Source of the DNA: Macrostomum hystrix
Taxonomy: Eukaryota > Animalia > Platyhelminthes
Direction: 5' to 3'
DNA: 64,000 bases
Assembly (NCBI GenBank): GCA_950097015.1
Contig: CATNEN010000038.1
Coordinates: 17,174,001 to 17,238,000 of the forward strand
Shown here: positions 61,465 to 64,000 of the stretch, in pieces
Numbering within the stretch: the first letter of the stretch is position 1
How the letters are laid out: each line of letters starts with the position of its first letter
Made by a program: the position numbers and the translations under genes
Notes under the pieces: model-generated
What the model was told of the DNA's origin: nothing
The model's input: only the letters and a program-made list of their open reading frames with translations
Databases searched by the model: none

Positions 61465-63177
61465 ATGCCTCTATTCGGTAAAGAGCCGGATCTCAACGAG
61501 ACCCTGTTTAATTTGCGCATGACCAACAAACAGCTGACCCGACTGGCTTCCAAAGCGGAGAAGGAACAGGCTAAGGAACAGGTAAGAAATGGAGATGAAG
61601 AGTGAGAAAGAGAAAAAAATATAAGAAATAATCTGATCGCAATCATTTTCAGGCGAAGGTGAAGAAGGCATTGCAGCAGCGCAACATTGAAGGCGCCAGA
61701 ATCTACGCCGAGAATGCTATTCGCAAGAAGAACGAGTCGCTCAATTATCTACGCTTCGCCGCCCGAATGGATGCCGTTGCAGCCAGGGTGCAAACTGCGG
61801 CAACTATGAAGGGTGTGACTAAGAACATAGGGCAGGTGAGCAGTGTGACTGATAAAACGGCTTCTAAACATTTTCATGTTTAGAGAAACGCTAGGTTGCA
61901 TGACCTGGGTAGACCGTTTTTAACAGGTTGAGTAGATAGACAGTTTGGCAGGTGGAGTAGGTAGATATTTTGACATTTGGAGTAGGTAGACCGTTTTGAC
62001 AGGCATAGTGGGGCGACAGGTAAAGTAAGTTGACAGTTTTAATGGGTAGAGTAGGTAGGCATTGTGAATGGTAGAGTAGGTAGGCATTGTGAATGGTAGA
62101 GTAGGTAGGCATTGTGAATGGTAGAGTAGGTAGGCATTGTGAATGGTAGAGTAGATAGGCATTGTGAATGGTAGAGTAGGTAGGCAGTGTGAATGTTAGA
62201 GTAGGTAGGCATTGTGAATGGTAGAGTAGGTAGGTAGTGTGAATGTAAGAGCAGGTAGGCAGTGTGAATGTTAGAGTAGGTAGGCATTGTGAATGGTAGA
62301 GTAGGTAGGTAGTGTGAATGCAAGAGCAGGTAGGCAGTGTGAATGTAAGAGCAGGTAGGCAGTGTGAATGTAAGAGCAGGTAGGCAGTGTGAATGTAAGA
62401 GCAGGTAGGCAGTGTGAATGTAAGAGCAGGTAGGCAGTGTGAATGCAAGAGCAGGTAGGCAGTGTGAATGTAAGAGCAGGTAGGCAGTGTGAATGCAAGA
62501 GCAGGTAGGCAGTGTGAATGTAAGAGCAGGTAGGCAGTGTGAATGTAAGAGCAGGTAGGCAGTGTGAATGTAAGAGCAGGTAGGCAGTGTGAATGTAAGA
62601 GCAGGTAGGCAGTGTGAATGCAAGAGCAGGTAGGCAGTGTGAATGTAAGAGCAGGTAGGCAGTGTGAATGTAAGAGCAGGTAGGCAGTGTGAATGCAAGA
62701 GCAGGTAGGCAGTGTGAATGTAAGAGCAGGTAGGCAGTGTGAATGTAAGAGCAGGTAGGCATTGTGAATGGTAGAGCAGGTAGGCATTGTGAATGGTAGA
62801 GTAAGTAGGTAGTGTAAATGACAATTTCCAATATTTGTCTCCAGGTGACCAAGGACCTCGAGCGCGCCATGTCCAGCATGAACCTAGAAGAGGTAGAGAA
62901 GGTGATGGGCAAATTCGAGAAGACCTTCGAAGATTTGGACGTGCGCACTCAGACTGTGGAGTCGTCAATGGGCACCGCTATGACTCTATCCGCTCCCGAG
63001 GATCAGGTTAATTCGCTAATTCAGCAGGTAGCAGACGAGAACGGTCTGGAAGTCGCTGACCAGCTGGCCGGCTTGGCGCCCGCAGCTCGGGCCGCGCCCG
63101 GAGCCGCCTCCGTCCAGTCGGAGGAGCGGAAACGCGAGGACGAGCTCAATAGGCGACTAGCCCAGCTCAGGCAGTGA
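61465..63177 (+). CDS. CHMP1A: ESCRT-III subunit CHMP1 (CHMP1A-like), 3 exons, 210 aa
   Basis: Exons 61465-61581, 61653-61835, 62845-63177. Motifs [30 protein letters not shown] and MIM1 [11 protein letters not shown]. Confidence 0.93.
62043..62818. repeat. 25-bp minisatellite (GTGAATGTAAGAGCAGGTAGGCAGT), CHMP1A intron 2
   Basis: Read directly. Confidence 0.96.
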
Positions 63178-63344
63178 AGCCCTTCTAATTGTTACTATGC
63201 GGTTCGTGTTCTTGTAAATGATAACTGCCTTAACTTCAGTAAATTGCGACTTGGATAATTCGCCTGCTGTTCCAAGCTTCTGCTGAGATATCAATGACCT
63301 ACTCAATGTCCCTATGTTAGCTGCTATGACCTGCTGAAGAATGA

Positions 63345-64000
63345 CTAGTTATAATGACCTACTGAATGACTCAATACTGTAGAGTTATAATGACCTACTG
63401 AATGACTCAATATTGTAGAGTTATAATGACCTACTGAATGACACAATACTGTAGAGTTATAATGACCTACTGAATGACACATTATTGTAGTGTTATAATG
63501 ACCTACTGAATGACACATTATTGTAGTGTTATAATGACCTACTGAATGACACATTATTGTAGTGTTATAATGACCTACTGAATGACACATTATTGTAGAG
63601 TTATAATGACCTACTGAATGACTCAATATTGTAGAGTTATAATGACCTACTGAATGACTCATCATTGTAGAGTTATAATGACCTACTGAATGGCTCAATA
63701 TTGTAGAGTTATAATGACCTACTGAATGGCTCATTATTGTAGAGTTATAATGACCTACTGAATGACTCATTATTGTAGAGTTATAATGACCTACTGAATG
63801 GCTCATTATTGTAGAGTTATAATGACCTACTGAATGACTCAATATTGTAGAGTTATAATGACCTACTGAATGACTCAATATTGTAGAGTTATAATGACCT
63901 ACTGAATGGCTCATTATTGTAGAGTTATAATGACCTACTGAATGACTCAATATTGTAGAGTTATAATGACCTACTGAATGACTCAATATTGTAGAGTTAT
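63345..64000. repeat. 36-bp minisatellite (GTTATAATGACCTACTGAATGACTCAATATTGTAGA) 3' of CHMP1A
   Basis: Read directly; runs off the right edge. Confidence 0.97.

Noticed and set aside
61891-63986. Long minus-strand repetitive ORFs near CHMP1A
   Set aside because: They are translations of the 25-bp and 36-bp arrays.
1-64000. CRISPR arrays (many 23-43 bp direct repeats)
   Set aside because: The repeats are head-to-tail with no unique spacers, there are no cas genes, and the context is eukaryotic.

Overview
Eukaryotic (animal) genomic DNA: AT-rich intergenic sequence, GT-AG introns, tRNA-derived SINEs, DNA transposons and an extreme density of minisatellites. The gene style and repeat landscape suggest a free-living flatworm such as Macrostomum, which is an inference only. 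Genes from left to right: BRIP1/FANCJ helicase 5' exon (-), F-box/LRR protein (+), SLC22A18-like MFS transporter (+), intronless CYP2-clan P450 (-), intronless membrane-anchored FkbM methyltransferase (-), a probable small secreted peptide (-), a WSC+PAN secreted protein (-), a small GPI-type mucin (+), then a run of co-oriented + strand genes: RAB3GAP1, TRAPPC3, SPPL2-like, ZDHHC6, prag01/COX7B-like, EPSTI1-like and CHMP1A. Mobile elements with readable TIRs and TSDs are a MULE-type MITE, an internally deleted mariner, three hAT MITEs, a dead Tc1 and a CACTA-like MITE, plus two SINE families. The most notable patterns are: (1) a candidate SL-trans-spliced operon of membrane-traffic genes; (2) locus-private minisatellites sitting next to splice sites, several built from splice-site-like motifs; (3) a hAT MITE that carries and disperses a 16-bp minisatellite; (4) CpG-decay footprints that map methylated domains; (5) DNA transposons inserted into the Pol III boxes of SINEs. 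Most long ORFs with repetitive translations are repeat artefacts. All exon models were read by eye from splice consensus, phase and remembered protein families; no database search was run.
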